A stretch of 64,000 nt of DNA from an uncultured Alphaproteobacteria bacterium. Lineage in GTDB: Bacteria > Pseudomonadota > Alphaproteobacteria > Rhizobiales > Xanthobacteraceae. The stretch spans positions 9,184 through 73,183 of the forward strand of contig CAWBQP010000002.1 in assembly GCA_963790735.1 (NCBI GenBank), given 5' to 3'. The position numbers were made by a program, and so were the translations under genes. Positions within the stretch are counted from its first letter, which is position 1. Each line of letters begins with the position of its first letter. The notes under the pieces are model-generated. The model was not told the DNA's origin and searched no databases. It saw only the letters and a list, made by a program, of their open reading frames with translations. Shown here in pieces: positions 27,601-40,780 of this stretch.

Positions 27601-30086
27601 CGCCGGTGCCGACCGCGACGAGGGCGGCTTCGACCTCGGCCGACGTCAGCTTGAGTTGTGCGCCGACATCGGAGGAAACCGTCAGCAGCGCCTGCTGCGC
27701 GGTGCGCGCGCCGGTCTGGATGGTCTCTGCGGTGTTGACGACGAGATTGGTCAGCGAACGCTCGGCGTCCTCGACATGAGACTTGATGCCGGAGGACAGC
27801 ATTTCGGCGCGCGACATCAGATCTTCGCTGGCCTGACGGCCGCTGCTTTCGATCCGGCCGGCCACGGCCTCGATGCGCGAACCGAGCAGATCCTCGAACT
27901 GCGTCACGCGGGTGTCGATGTCGCCGGCGATAGCTCCGACCCGGGTCTCGACGCCGCTGGCGATGTCGCCGACGCGGGTCTCGATGCCCTGGTGGATTTC
28001 CTGGAAGCGCGCCTGGATGGTGTCGGTCAGATGGGCGCTGCGGCCGTCGATGGTTTCAGTGACGTTGGCAATACGATGGTCGACCGCCGCAATCGCCTGC
28101 GCGGTGCCCTCGGTCAGCGATGAGGTGAGGAGGGTAAGCCGCTGGTCGATCGACTGGATTGCCTGCGCCGCGCCGTCGGTCAATGAGGTCGACAGCGTGC
28201 CGAGGCGGTCGTCGATGGTTTCGGTGACGGATTTGGCGCGGGAGTCGAAGGTCGATCTCCAGCGATTTCAGCCGGCTGTCGATGGTCTCGTCGAACGACT
28301 TGATCTTGCTGTCGAGCGAGGTGTCGAGGTTGCTGACGCGGGTGCCGAGCGTGGTTTCGAACTGCAGCAGGCGCTGGTCGAGCGAAGCGGTGATCTCGCC
28401 GCTGTTCGAGACCATGCGGGTGTCGAAAGTGTCGACGTAATTCTTCAGGCTGTCGCTGATCTCCTGGGTGCGCGCGCCCATGCGCTCGACGATGTCGCCG
28501 CCGAAGGTTTTGACGGTGCGATCGAACTCGGAGATATGGCGTGTGATCAGCGCGCCGAGCGTGCCGCTGTCGCGGGCGAATTTTTCCGCAAGCTCGCCGC
28601 CCTGGTTCTTCACCAGTTCGTCGAAGGCGTTCATCTGCAGCGCGAGGCTGTCATGTGCGTTTTCGGTCTGGCCGATCACCTTGGCGACCAGCGTGTTCAC
28701 AGTCACGTCCAGTGCGTCGCTGGCCTTGTCGCCGGAGGTGAGGATGCGGCTGGCGAGGCGGTTGCCGGCTTCGTCGATCTTGTTGACGAGATCGCCCGAG
28801 CGCAGTTCGAGTTCGAGCAGCAGCGAGTCGGAGGAATTCTTCAGGGAGTCGTGGACCTGCTCGGTGCGGTCGGAGATGCCGTCGACGATGGTCGAGGAGC
28901 GCTGCTCGAATTCGCCGGTGATGCGGTCGATACGTTCGTTCAGCATCTCGTGGACGCGATCGGCGAGATCGACGAACTCGTCGTGGACGTGGCCGGTCTT
29001 GAAGTTGAGGCTGGTGGTCAGCCGCTCGGAGGCGTCGAGCACGGCGCGGGTGGTCTCGGCGCTGGCTTCTTCCAGGCGGTCGAGCAGGTCGCCGCCGCGC
29101 TCGCCGAGCGCGAGGATCATGTTGTCGCCGGCATGGCTCAGGGCGCTGGTGATGTGCTGGCCGCGCTCTTCCAGCGCGCCGGTGATGCTTTTCGCGACCT
29201 CGTCGACGCGCGAGGCGATCGCGTCCGAGATCAGCGCGATGTCGTGGCGCAGGTCGATCTGGACGCCGGAAATGGCGCTGCGAACCTGCTCGGCCTGGCC
29301 GACCAGATTGTCGCGCTGATGCGCGATGTCCTGCAGCAGCGCGCGGATCCGCACCTCGTTGTCGGAATAGGCGCGCTCGAGCGCTGCGACTTCATTGGCG
29401 ACCAGCGTTTCCAGTTCGCCGGCGCGCGCGATCGCGCGCTCGACGCCGTCGCCCATCGCGGCGACTTCGCGGCGAATCGCTTGCCCTACGGTCACCATCG
29501 AATCGGCGGCGGCGCCCTCGGGCTCGGAGAAGCGGATCGCGACCTGCGCCATCGACTGCGCGATCATCCGCATTTCCTGGCCGCGCCAGGCCAGGCTCGC
29601 GAGGAAATAGAACAGCAGCACCGGCGCAAAGAACAACGCGGCAAGGCCGGCGAGCACCAATACGCCGCCGCTCTGTCCGATCGCCGCCTGCAGCGCGGGC
29701 AGGAAGCTGACCGTCAGCAGGCCGCAACCGATCACCCAGACGGCACCAAACACGGAGGCAAGCGTGTAGACGCTGCGGGCAGGGCTGCCCTTCTGGATCG
29801 CCTGCAGAATCTGTCCGATGGTTTCGCGATCGTCATTGGCGGCGCGACGGGGGCCGCGCGGCTCCTCGATCGGATCGAACACCGGCCGCTCGGCGCTTCC
29901 GCGCGTGTCAAAAGACATATCGGAATAGGGCGGCGGGGCTGACGGATTGGTCGGAGGGGCGAGCTCGTTGCCAAGCGACGAATTTCGGTTGTTGTCGACG
30001 CTCGTATCGCTGATGTTGAGCGCTTCCTGAATGGCAGACAGCGCGACTTCAGTCGGATCTTTGGCCTTCTTCGGATTGTTCGCCAT
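24677..30086 (-). CDS. Giant apolipoprotein-repeat membrane protein of about 1800 aa (GPR/RgsE-like polar growth protein); one frameshift near 28255
   Basis: N-terminal DPTEVALSAIQEAL and AANDD, two TM helices, IRREVAAMGDGVERAIARAGELE, long amphipathic repeats, C-terminal WDRYQRGE...SETGLVYTLLAHAAGR. ORFs 28056..30086 and 24677..28183 join by removing one base. Confidence 0.75.
26522..27709 (-). repeat. Nine tandem 132-nt (44-aa) coding repeats
   Basis: Unit AREAQxTLVxASxxAAxxVKSLAADVERSLSxAGxATAEAVTAG. Units 3 and 4 are nearly identical at DNA level (CGCCTGCGGTGACGGCC at 27181 and 27313). Confidence 0.9.
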
Positions 30087-30257
30087 GTCAGCCGAGCCCT
30101 CTTAACTTTGTACGCACCCAGCCGTTCTCGCAAAAACCCGCAAGCTCGAAGCTGGATTCATAACCCCCCGCAGACGCAAACGTACCCCGCCGGCCGCTTG
30201 TCCGCACACATCTGCGAACATCCTATTGGTTGAGCGATACGAATGAAATGGCCGCGA

Positions 30258-30293
30258 TTAAGACATTCTTAATCATCCTTAATCATCGTTAAC
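30258..30293. promoter_or_regulatory. CtrA-binding region
   Basis: TTAA-N7-TTAA-N6-TTAA-N6-TTAAC between the divergent GPR-like and Hpt genes. Confidence 0.7.
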
Positions 30294-30484
30294 AGCTCTG
30301 TTCCATAAGTTCTTAGAGATACACAGATTTCTGGAACCGAATCGCAAATCTAGGCTGATTGCCGGCTAAAATCAGGCAAAATTGGGGGCAATTCTGAGAA
30401 CGTTCCGTTAACCGTTGCCGTGGTTGGCTGGCGGAAAATGCCCTTCCGTAGAATCACTGTGTTGGGGCGATCCGGACTTGGGCC

Positions 30485-30863
30485 ATGCCACTTCACCTCG
30501 AACGGATAGAATGGATGCCATCGCCACCGCTGGCTCCCGGCGACGGGCCGATCGATTTCGAGCACCTCCAACGCATGACGCTCGGCGACGCCGCGATCGA
30601 GCAGGAAGTGTTGGCGATGTTCGTCGGCCCAGTCGGCAACACTCGTGCACACGCTCGCTGCCCTGCCTGTGGACGCCAGCGCGCTGGCGCACACGCTGAA
30701 GGGCTCGGCCCGCGCGATCGGCGCTTTTGCCGTCGCGGATGCCGCGGACCGGCTGGAGGCGGCCATCGCCAGAGGCTTCGATACGTCCGCGGCACTCGCC
30801 GAGCTCGACGAGGCGGTTGCGCAGGCGCGGGTGGCGATCGAGGCGGTTCTGCGCCGTTCCTGA
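30485..30863 (+). CDS. Hpt domain protein; +1 frameshift near 30626
   Basis: IDFEHLQRMTLGD...EVLAMF joins AHTLKGSARAIGA (phospho-His) in the next frame. Span is 3n+1. Confidence 0.85.
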
Positions 30864-31002
30864 GCGGAAAGCGGTCCGTATCGGCCAAAATCCCGGTAAA
30901 ATGCCGCCTTAAGGTTTTCGTCCCGACCGCTGGCGCTGTGCGGATCGACCCGTTATAGGACTGCCGGGACCGTCCTTACATATTCCGGCAGCACGAGCGA
31001 TC

Positions 31003-31323
31003 ATGGCCAAAATCCACTTTGTCGACCATACCGGCGAAAAACGAACCATTGAAGTCGAGAACGGCGCGACCGTGATGGAAGCCGCGATTCGCAACGCCAT
31101 TCCCGGCATCGAAGCCGAATGCGGCGGCGCCTGCGCCTGCGCGACCTGCCACGTCTATGTCGACGAAGCCTGGCGCGAGAAGGTCGGCGCTCCGACCCCG
31201 ATGGAAGAGGACATGCTGGATTTCGGTTTCGACGTGCGGCCGAACTCGCGCCTGTCGTGCCAGATCAAGGTGAGCGACGACCTCGACGGCCTCACGGTGT
31301 CGACGCCGGAACGGCAGGCCTGA
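31003..31323 (+). CDS. 2Fe-2S ferredoxin (adrenodoxin/putidaredoxin type)
   Basis: [13 protein letters not shown] and SRLSCQI. Confidence 0.95.
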   Translation: MAKIHFVDHTGEKRTIEVENGATVMEAAIRNAIPGIEAECGGACACATCHVYVDEAWREKVGAPTPMEEDMLDFGFDVRPNSRLSCQIKVSDDLDGLTVSTPERQA

Positions 31324-31337
31324 AGTCCGGAAAACAT

Positions 31338-34087
<2,750 letters not shown>

Positions 34088-34206
34088 ATCCCGAAACATG
34101 ACAGTTGGACTCGCGGTGCTTTACCGGGCGCGCGAACGATCGTCACTGGAACCGTCCGCGAAATGGCCTTAGTCTGCGCCCATTGATTTAGGGGATTGAT
34201 CAGGTG

Positions 34207-34821
34207 ATGACGATGCGCAAGCTGGCGGGATTTCAACTGATACTCGCGATCGTGATCGGGCTCACATTTGCCGGTGAACTCGCAGCGCAGCCGGCGGAAC
34301 CTTCCGCGGCCGGGCTGTGGGAGAAGGTCGAGAAGGGCAAGCCGGTCGGATGGTTCCTGGTGGTCGACCACAGCGGCGTCTTCGAAGGCGTGTTCGCCAA
34401 GCTGTTTCTCGAGGCCGGCGATCCGCCCAATCCGGTCTGCACGAAATGCGCCGACGATCGAAAGGACGCGCCCTGGCTCGGGCTCTCCTTCATCCGGGAC
34501 ATGAAGCGCGACGGACTGAAATACGAGAACGGCAACGTGCTCGATCCGCGCGATGGCAAGATCTACAAGGCCAAGATGACGCTCAGTCCCGATGGGCAGA
34601 CGTTGACGATGCGCGGCTATCTCGGCATCTCGCTATTGGGCAAGGATGAGGTCTGGACCCGCCTGCCCGATACGGCGCTGGCGCAGGTCGATCCGCCCAT
34701 CATCGTAAAATACCTGCCCGCGCAAGCGGCGGCGATGAAGCTGCCAGCCGCTCCGGCAAAGGCCCCCGCAGCGCCCAAGAAGACCACCGCGCCAGCACCA
34801 GTTCCTGCACCTGCGCGCTAG
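34207..34821 (+). CDS. DUF2147 family secreted protein
   Basis: Signal peptide, [34 protein letters not shown]. Confidence 0.85.
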   Translation: MTMRKLAGFQLILAIVIGLTFAGELAAQPAEPSAAGLWEKVEKGKPVGWFLVVDHSGVFEGVFAKLFLEAGDPPNPVCTKCADDRKDAPWLGLSFIRDMKRDGLKYENGNVLDPRDGKIYKAKMTLSPDGQTLTMRGYLGISLLGKDEVWTRLPDTALAQVDPPIIVKYLPAQAAAMKLPAAPAKAPAAPKKTTAPAPVPAPAR

Positions 34822-35050
34822 AGCAGGATGAGATTAGGTTGGGCCGTGACAACGGACCATCTCGTGCCCCGGACGCAAGCGGCCAAAGTGCTGCGGGCGG
34901 GGCCATTCTACTTTGCATGGGGTTGTTTTCGCGATTTTGTGTCCGGGCCCTGCGGTGTACCGCCGAAGAGCATCTGCACTGCGTCCGGGACAGAAGATCG
35001 TGCTTCGCGCTAACGGCGAATCGATTCGACTCCAACCCATCCCGATCTAG
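34818..35050. repeat. Nested composite repeat: CTAG-ended MITE-like shell containing a REP-like pair
   Basis: Imperfect TIRs CTAGAGCAGGATGAGATTAGGTTG and CGACTCCAACCCATCCCGATCTAG. Inner CCCGGACGCA / TGCGTCCGGG pair. Confidence 0.7.
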
Positions 35051-37032
35051 TTCAGGCCGGTTCTGCCCGGTGGCCGCGGCACGCCCGGCGCAACCGGTAT
35101 CGGCGCCACCGGCTGCGACGTGACTTCAGGCACCGCCGCATCGAGCTGCAGCACGGCGGCGGCGGCCGGCACGGCGGCATCCGCCATCGCGGCGTGGCCC
35201 TCGGCGCTCGGATGCACCGCACCGCCATAGACCGCCGACAGGACGCCCCAGGTGGCGTCATGGATATCGGATGGCTGCTGCGATGTCGGCAGGCCTTGCG
35301 GGTAGGTCATCGCCGCGAAGTAGCTGTCATTGGCATCGCGGATCCAGCGCGCGCGCGGCAGATAGGCGCGGTACTCGGCGGCGCTGCGGCCGCACAGCAT
35401 CGGCTGGCTGGCGGCCGTGACGATATCGGGATCGAAGCTGTCGCCGGTCGCCGAGAAGCACTGCCGGTCGAATTCGGGGTCGCTTTCGGCGCGCGCGCAG
35501 AAGCCGTGGCTGGCAAAGCTGGTCTGATGGCTGTCGACGAAAGTCATGCGGTCGGTGCTCGGATTGCGGCACAGGATGCCGCCCTCGCAGAGCGCCAGTC
35601 CTCTCAACTGCGGCAGGAATTCGCGTTCGACGAAGGTCGACACAGCGGCCAGCCGCTGCGGCTGGGCGTTGAAGGAGGGATGAATGTCGAAGCCGGCGCG
35701 TCCGCCGGGGCAGGGCGCGCCGCCATTCGCCACCGTCGGATTGGCGTAGGAGGTGTAGACCACCCGCGACAGGTCGCCGCCGATGAGGGGCTTGAGCGCC
35801 TCGCGCAGTTTTGCAAATCCCTGCGGCAGGTCGCGTGTCATCGCCGAGCGTGCGTCGTCCACCGAGGCCATGACGCCGCTGCGCCGAAACAGGGCGCGTT
35901 CGGTCGCCGTGTCCACGACCACGTCGGCGACGAGGCCGGAGAAATAGATGTCGTTGGCCCCGACCGACAGCAGCATCAGGTCGAGCTTGCGATCCGGTTG
36001 CCTGCGTTTCGCGCCGGTGAGGGCTTCACGCAGTTCGGCCAGTTGCCCGTTGACGGTGCCCTGGCATGCACCGCCCGATTTCGACGGCAGGCAATCGCGG
36101 GCGCGCTGCGAACCGAACAGCCCGTCGGCAATGGTGGCGCCGGTGCAGGCCAGCGGCAGATAGGTCACCGCGATGTGCGGATATCGCACGGCGAGCGCCA
36201 GCGCGGTCCGGGTCTGATAGCTGTAGAGCGAACGGTGGCAGGCAGGGTTGAACCAGAGCGCGCTCTGGCGCTGCCAGACCGCCAGCGTGTCGGGCGCCTC
36301 GCAGGCGCGTCCGCCTTTATAGCCCGCGCGGCTCGGACGGTAATATTGCGCGGCTGCCGATCCGAGATAGGAGCGGAAGCAGAAGCCTTCATCGGCCAGC
36401 GTAATCGGCCGGTCCGGATTGCCCTCGCCGGAAGCGACACTGTCGCCGAGGCCGGCGATGAGGATGTCGCGCACCGCGATCTCGGTGAAAACGCGCTGAC
36501 TGCCATCCGAACTGGACACATCGACGGTGGCAACCGTGGTGCGGCCATAGCGGACCCTGAGATTGACCGGCTCGGCACAGTCGAAGGCGGAGGTTTGCGG
36601 GCCGTCGCCGTCGTCGAACGTCCAGGCGCAGGTGGCGCCGACCGGAACCGGGCCGGTCAGCCGGGCCACGATCGGATGATCGACCGGCGTCAGATAACTT
36701 TCCTTGACGTTGTCGCGCGTGCACGGCTCGTTGACGCGGCCGGCGAGATCGATACAGAGCCGGTTCACCGTGTTGCGCGCCCAGCCGCGGCCGTCGCTCT
36801 GGATCGCCAGCGCCTGCTCCGAAGCCAGCACGCTGCGGCCGCGCCCGGTTTCGGCGTGCAGCAGGAAATCCCGCTCCTCGCGGAACAGGCGGAAGCGGTT
36901 GCGCACCTCCCAGGAAATCTGCAGCGGCCCATAGCCGCCGGCGGTCTGGGCTTGCGCAGCGGACGTGGATATGCCGGCCAGCGCACCGGCAACCAGCGCG
37001 ACCGACAGTATTGAACGTAGGATTCCAGCCAT
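35047..37032 (-). CDS. Secreted SGNH/GDSL-like hydrolase
   Basis: Signal peptide, GLGDSVASGEG, CHRS, ACTGA, SVGAND, VHPS. Confidence 0.75.
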   Translation of the reverse strand: MAGILRSILSVALVAGALAGISTSAAQAQTAGGYGPLQISWEVRNRFRLFREERDFLLHAETGRGRSVLASEQALAIQSDGRGWARNTVNRLCIDLAGRVNEPCTRDNVKESYLTPVDHPIVARLTGPVPVGATCAWTFDDGDGPQTSAFDCAEPVNLRVRYGRTTVATVDVSSSDGSQRVFTEIAVRDILIAGLGDSVASGEGNPDRPITLADEGFCFRSYLGSAAAQYYRPSRAGYKGGRACEAPDTLAVWQRQSALWFNPACHRSLYSYQTRTALALAVRYPHIAVTYLPLACTGATIADGLFGSQRARDCLPSKSGGACQGTVNGQLAELREALTGAKRRQPDRKLDLMLLSVGANDIYFSGLVADVVVDTATERALFRRSGVMASVDDARSAMTRDLPQGFAKLREALKPLIGGDLSRVVYTSYANPTVANGGAPCPGGRAGFDIHPSFNAQPQRLAAVSTFVEREFLPQLRGLALCEGGILCRNPSTDRMTFVDSHQTSFASHGFCARAESDPEFDRQCFSATGDSFDPDIVTAASQPMLCGRSAAEYRAYLPRARWIRDANDSYFAAMTYPQGLPTSQQPSDIHDATWGVLSAVYGGAVHPSAEGHAAMADAAVPAAAAVLQLDAAVPEVTSQPVAPIPVAPGVPRPPGRTGLN

Positions 37033-37129
37033 GGCGTCGTTTGACGTTAGCGGTAAGGCAGAAATAAGAGAATGAGGCCGCTCTGCGTCAAAAGACCAGA
37101 CGGCGCAGATAACGACGCCGTTACCGGCC

Positions 37130-38185
37130 TCAGGATTGCCGGCCCTTGATCGGTGGTCGCACCCGGGCCTTGGCCGTACAGGCTTCGCCGAGCCGGCGCC
37201 GTTCCAGCCAGGGTTGCAGCACGCTGAGCCAGAGTTCGCGTGTGCCCATGATCCAGATCGAGATGCCGAAGGGAATCAGGAAGTACAGGATCCGGAACAC
37301 CACCAGCGTCGCCAGCAACTCTTCCCTGCCGAACTGCGGCAGCGCCACCAGCATCGCGGCGTCGAACACGCCGATGCTGCCGGGCGCGTGGCTGGCGAAG
37401 CCGAGCAGCGTCGCCAGGATGAACACCACCGCGAGCGAAACGAAATCGATATACGGCTCCATCGGCATCAACAGATACATCGCCAGCGCGCAGAAGCCGA
37501 GATCGATGACGCCGATCAGGACTTGCAGCAGCGTCAGCCGGGCGGAGGGCAACACCACCTTCCAGCCGTTCTGTCCGAGTTCGCGGCGGGTCTCGCCCGT
37601 CAGCAGCCAGACGAAATAGGCGGCGATGCCGGCAAGGCAGCCGATCGCGATCAGCCGGTTCATCGCCGGCGGCAGCAGGTCCATCGCCGTTGCCGCCTCG
37701 GGATGCCAGGCCATGCCGCAGCCGAGCACGAACAGATTGCCGAGCCAGAAAGTGAGGCCCGAGAGGAAGCAGATCTTTGCGACATCGATCGCGGTCAGGC
37801 CGTAGTCGGAATAGATCCGGAACCTGATCGCGCCGCCGGTAAAGACGGTGGCGCCGATATTGTGGCCGATGGTGTAGCTGGTGAAGCTCGACAGCGCGGC
37901 GATGCGATAGGGCACGTGCATCTTGCCAATGGTTCGCAACGCGAAGAAATCATAGAAGGTCAGCGTGCAAAACGCCCCCACCACGCACAGCGCGGCCAGC
38001 GCGATGCGATGCGGAGCGATCTCCGTCAGCGCGGTCAGGATAATTCCGGTGTCCACCCCTTTCAGGGTGCGAACCAGCGTGGTGACCGCAAAGATGACGA
38101 TGAGGAGACTCGCAGCGATCCCTAGCCGTTTCCAGCCGATCTTCTCCTTGAAACCACGCCCGAGCGCGGTCAGCAGCCGATGCAT
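37130..38185 (-). CDS. Lysylphosphatidylglycerol synthase TM domain protein (UPF0104/YbhN)
   Basis: TFYDFFAL, GHNIG..FTGGAIRFRIYS, HAPGSIGVFD, FRILYFLIP. Confidence 0.85.
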   Translation of the reverse strand: MHRLLTALGRGFKEKIGWKRLGIAASLLIVIFAVTTLVRTLKGVDTGIILTALTEIAPHRIALAALCVVGAFCTLTFYDFFALRTIGKMHVPYRIAALSSFTSYTIGHNIGATVFTGGAIRFRIYSDYGLTAIDVAKICFLSGLTFWLGNLFVLGCGMAWHPEAATAMDLLPPAMNRLIAIGCLAGIAAYFVWLLTGETRRELGQNGWKVVLPSARLTLLQVLIGVIDLGFCALAMYLLMPMEPYIDFVSLAVVFILATLLGFASHAPGSIGVFDAAMLVALPQFGREELLATLVVFRILYFLIPFGISIWIMGTRELWLSVLQPWLERRRLGEACTAKARVRPPIKGRQS

Positions 38186-38452
38186 TCATCCTCCCGGCGG
38201 GGGTAATACGTAAAGATGGGACCTGTCACCACCGGCAACAGTCGACGGTCAGAGGCACCGCGCTCGAAATCCATAAGCCAAAACCGGGCCGTTGTGCAGC
38301 CCTTGACAAGCATGCCTTTTGGCTTCGTTCGCCACCCTTGTCATACGCCCTACATATGTCGCCGCATTAACGATTTTGAGTCGCAGCGAGGTCCATTCCG
38401 CGGGCTCTTTTTGCCGTTCCGTCCGTTCCATCACGGCGTTTTCGAGGCCTTA

Positions 38453-38477
38453 GGAACATCCTTTTCGCGAGCCGGTT
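38453..38477 (+). promoter_or_regulatory. Putative EcfG (general stress sigma) promoter
   Basis: GGAAC-N16-GGTT about 90 nt upstream of the YciF-like gene. Confidence 0.6.
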
Positions 38478-38567
38478 AGCTCCCCCATCAGCATCGAACA
38501 TGAAGCACGCGCGTCCGGCCGGAAAAAAGGCCTGCGCCTGCATGTTCCCAAACGAAGGACGACCGCA

Positions 38568-39074
38568 ATGGGACTCTTCACCAAAGACATCAAGACGATG
38601 AACGACCTGTTCGTACATCAATTGCAGGACATTTATTACGCCGAGAAACAACTCGTGAAGGCCCTGCCGAAGATGGCGGAAAAAGCGACTGACAAGCAGC
38701 TTAAACAGGGCTTTTTGACCCATCTCGATGAAACCAGGACACATGTGCAGCGCCTTGAGGAGGTATTCCGCATGCACGGCGCCGAGGTAAAGGCGGCCGA
38801 TTGCCCGGCGATCGACGGCATCATCGAGGAAGCCGACGACGTCGCGGGCGAGATCGCTGACAAGGCCGTGCTGGACGCAGCCCTGATCAACGCCGCGCAG
38901 GCCGCCGAGCACTATGAGATCACCCGCTACGGCAGCCTGATCGCATGGGCGCGTCAGCTCGGGCGCAACGATTGCGCCAGCATCCTGCAGAAGACGCTCG
39001 ATGAGGAAAAGATCACCGACCAGAAGCTGACCTCGCTGGCGGAAGGCAAGGTCAACCTCAAGGCCGCAAGCTGA
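38568..39074 (+). CDS. Ferritin-like DUF892 (YciE/YciF) stress protein
   Basis: LQDIYYAEKQ, HLDET, CPAIDGII, EHYEITRYG, LDEEK..D.KL. Confidence 0.9.
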   Translation: MGLFTKDIKTMNDLFVHQLQDIYYAEKQLVKALPKMAEKATDKQLKQGFLTHLDETRTHVQRLEEVFRMHGAEVKAADCPAIDGIIEEADDVAGEIADKAVLDAALINAAQAAEHYEITRYGSLIAWARQLGRNDCASILQKTLDEEKITDQKLTSLAEGKVNLKAAS

Positions 39075-39258
39075 TTTCGTCGCGTAGTTGAGGCAAAACG
39101 CCGCGCCCAGAGCAATTCTCGCGCGGCGTTTTCGCGACGGAGACCGGCACCTTTGCGCGCGGAGACCGGCATTGCAACCATACTTCGATCATTGGCGAAA
39201 CGTTTGATCGAAACGGACGCATTTGCGCCGCGTTGGCCCTCAAAGCCAGAGGTGAACC

Positions 39259-40701
39259 ATGCGAAGCGCTTCTCTCAATTTCGAGCCGGTTCCGAAGATC
39301 AATCTTTCCGCGAGCCCGCAAGCCGGGCCGGGGCCTTCCGGGCTTGCCGCCTCGCTGACGCTTGCGGGGATGAGCCTCGGCTACGGCGTTGTTCAGCTTG
39401 ATCTCACCATCGTCAACACCGCGCTTGACGCTATCGGATCGTCGCTCGGCGGCGGGGTTTCCAAACTGCAATGGGTGGTGAGTGCCTACACGATCGCCTT
39501 TGCGGCCTTCATTCTGACCGCGGGTGCGCTCGGCGATCGAATCGGCGCCAAGCGGATATTCATGGCGGGTTTTGCCATCTTCACGGCAGCCTCTGTCGCC
39601 TGCGCGTTGGCGCCCAATGCCGCTTTTCTGATCTCGGCGCGCTGCGTTCAAGGATTGGCCGCGGCCATTCTGGTGCCGAACTCGCTGGCGCTGCTCAGCC
39701 ATGCCTATCCCGACGAAAAGGCCCGCGGCCGTGCGGTCGGTATCTGGGCTGCTGGCGCGAGCCTTGCGCTGACCGCCGGTCCGTTCGTCGGCGGCGGCCT
39801 GATCACGCTGGTCGGCTGGCGCTCGATCTTCCTGGTCAATTTGCCGATCGGCCTTGCCGGCCTTTGGCTGGCCTGGCGCTTTGCCGGCGAAACGACGCGA
39901 TCGCGCGAGCGCGAGATCGACCTGCCCGGTCAGATCACCGCGATCGCAGCGCTCGGTTTTCTCGCCGGCGCGATCATCGAGGGCGGTTCGCTCGGTTGGC
40001 ACAATCCGTTCGTGATCGCGGGCTTCGCAGCCTTTGCGATATCAGCGGTGCTGTTCGTATGGCGGGAGGCGCGTGCGCCGCAACCGATGTTGTCGCTGTC
40101 GCTGTTCCGGCATCGGATGTTCGCACTAACGTCGCTGGTCGGCCTGCTCGTCAATGTCGCGATCTACGGCTTGATCTTCGTGCTCAGCCTGTATTTCCAG
40201 CGGGTCAATGGATTGTCGGCGTTTGCGACCGGGCTGGCCTTTGTGCCGATGATGGCCGCGGTCTTGCCGGCGAATCTGATCGCGCCCCGCATTGCCGAGC
40301 GCATCGGCGCGCCTGCCACCATAGCGGCCGGCGCGGTGCTCTCCGCGGTTGGATGCCTTGCGGCGCTCGGCGTCGAGGCCAACACAAGTTACTGGGCAAT
40401 CTGCATGCAATTGATCGCGATGAGCACTGGCCTCGGATTGCTGGTGCCGCCACTGACATCGACCTTGCTCGGAAGCGTGGAGAAGTCACGTTCGGGTATC
40501 GCGGCAGGCGTGCTCAACGCGACCCGGCAAACCGGCAGCGTGCTTGGCGTCGCCTTGTTCGGTTCGTTGGTCGGCCAATCCAGTGCTTTCATAACAGGGC
40601 TGCATGCCTCGCTGATCATTTCGGCGGGCGCGCTGCTCGCAGCCGCCGCGGCAATCTGGTGGGGGTCGTCGATCGACATGGCCGGTCACGAAGAATCATG
40701 A
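39259..40701 (+). CDS. DHA2-family MFS efflux transporter
   Basis: LDLTIVN, GALGDRIGAKR, WRSIFLVNLPIG, NATRQTG. Confidence 0.9.
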   Translation: MRSASLNFEPVPKINLSASPQAGPGPSGLAASLTLAGMSLGYGVVQLDLTIVNTALDAIGSSLGGGVSKLQWVVSAYTIAFAAFILTAGALGDRIGAKRIFMAGFAIFTAASVACALAPNAAFLISARCVQGLAAAILVPNSLALLSHAYPDEKARGRAVGIWAAGASLALTAGPFVGGGLITLVGWRSIFLVNLPIGLAGLWLAWRFAGETTRSREREIDLPGQITAIAALGFLAGAIIEGGSLGWHNPFVIAGFAAFAISAVLFVWREARAPQPMLSLSLFRHRMFALTSLVGLLVNVAIYGLIFVLSLYFQRVNGLSAFATGLAFVPMMAAVLPANLIAPRIAERIGAPATIAAGAVLSAVGCLAALGVEANTSYWAICMQLIAMSTGLGLLVPPLTSTLLGSVEKSRSGIAAGVLNATRQTGSVLGVALFGSLVGQSSAFITGLHASLIISAGALLAAAAAIWWGSSIDMAGHEES

Positions 40702-40780
40702 ACCGGTTGTAATTTGTGCAGACGTCCCGCGGCGCTTAACCTCTGTGGAACCGTGCGTTGCCGCCAGGGGGAGCTCCACA

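Noticed and set aside
26522-27709. CRISPR-like array
   Set aside because: Repeats are contiguous, in-frame coding units with no unique spacers, and no cas genes are present.
28240-28270. Programmed frameshift in the GPR-like gene
   Set aside because: No slippery heptamer or obvious stimulatory structure; same pattern as the other indels.
24578-29942. Long plus-strand ORFs (967 aa and 689 aa), plus similar ones such as 11482..13794 and 35194..37014
   Set aside because: Antisense shadows of real high-GC genes; no recognisable motifs.
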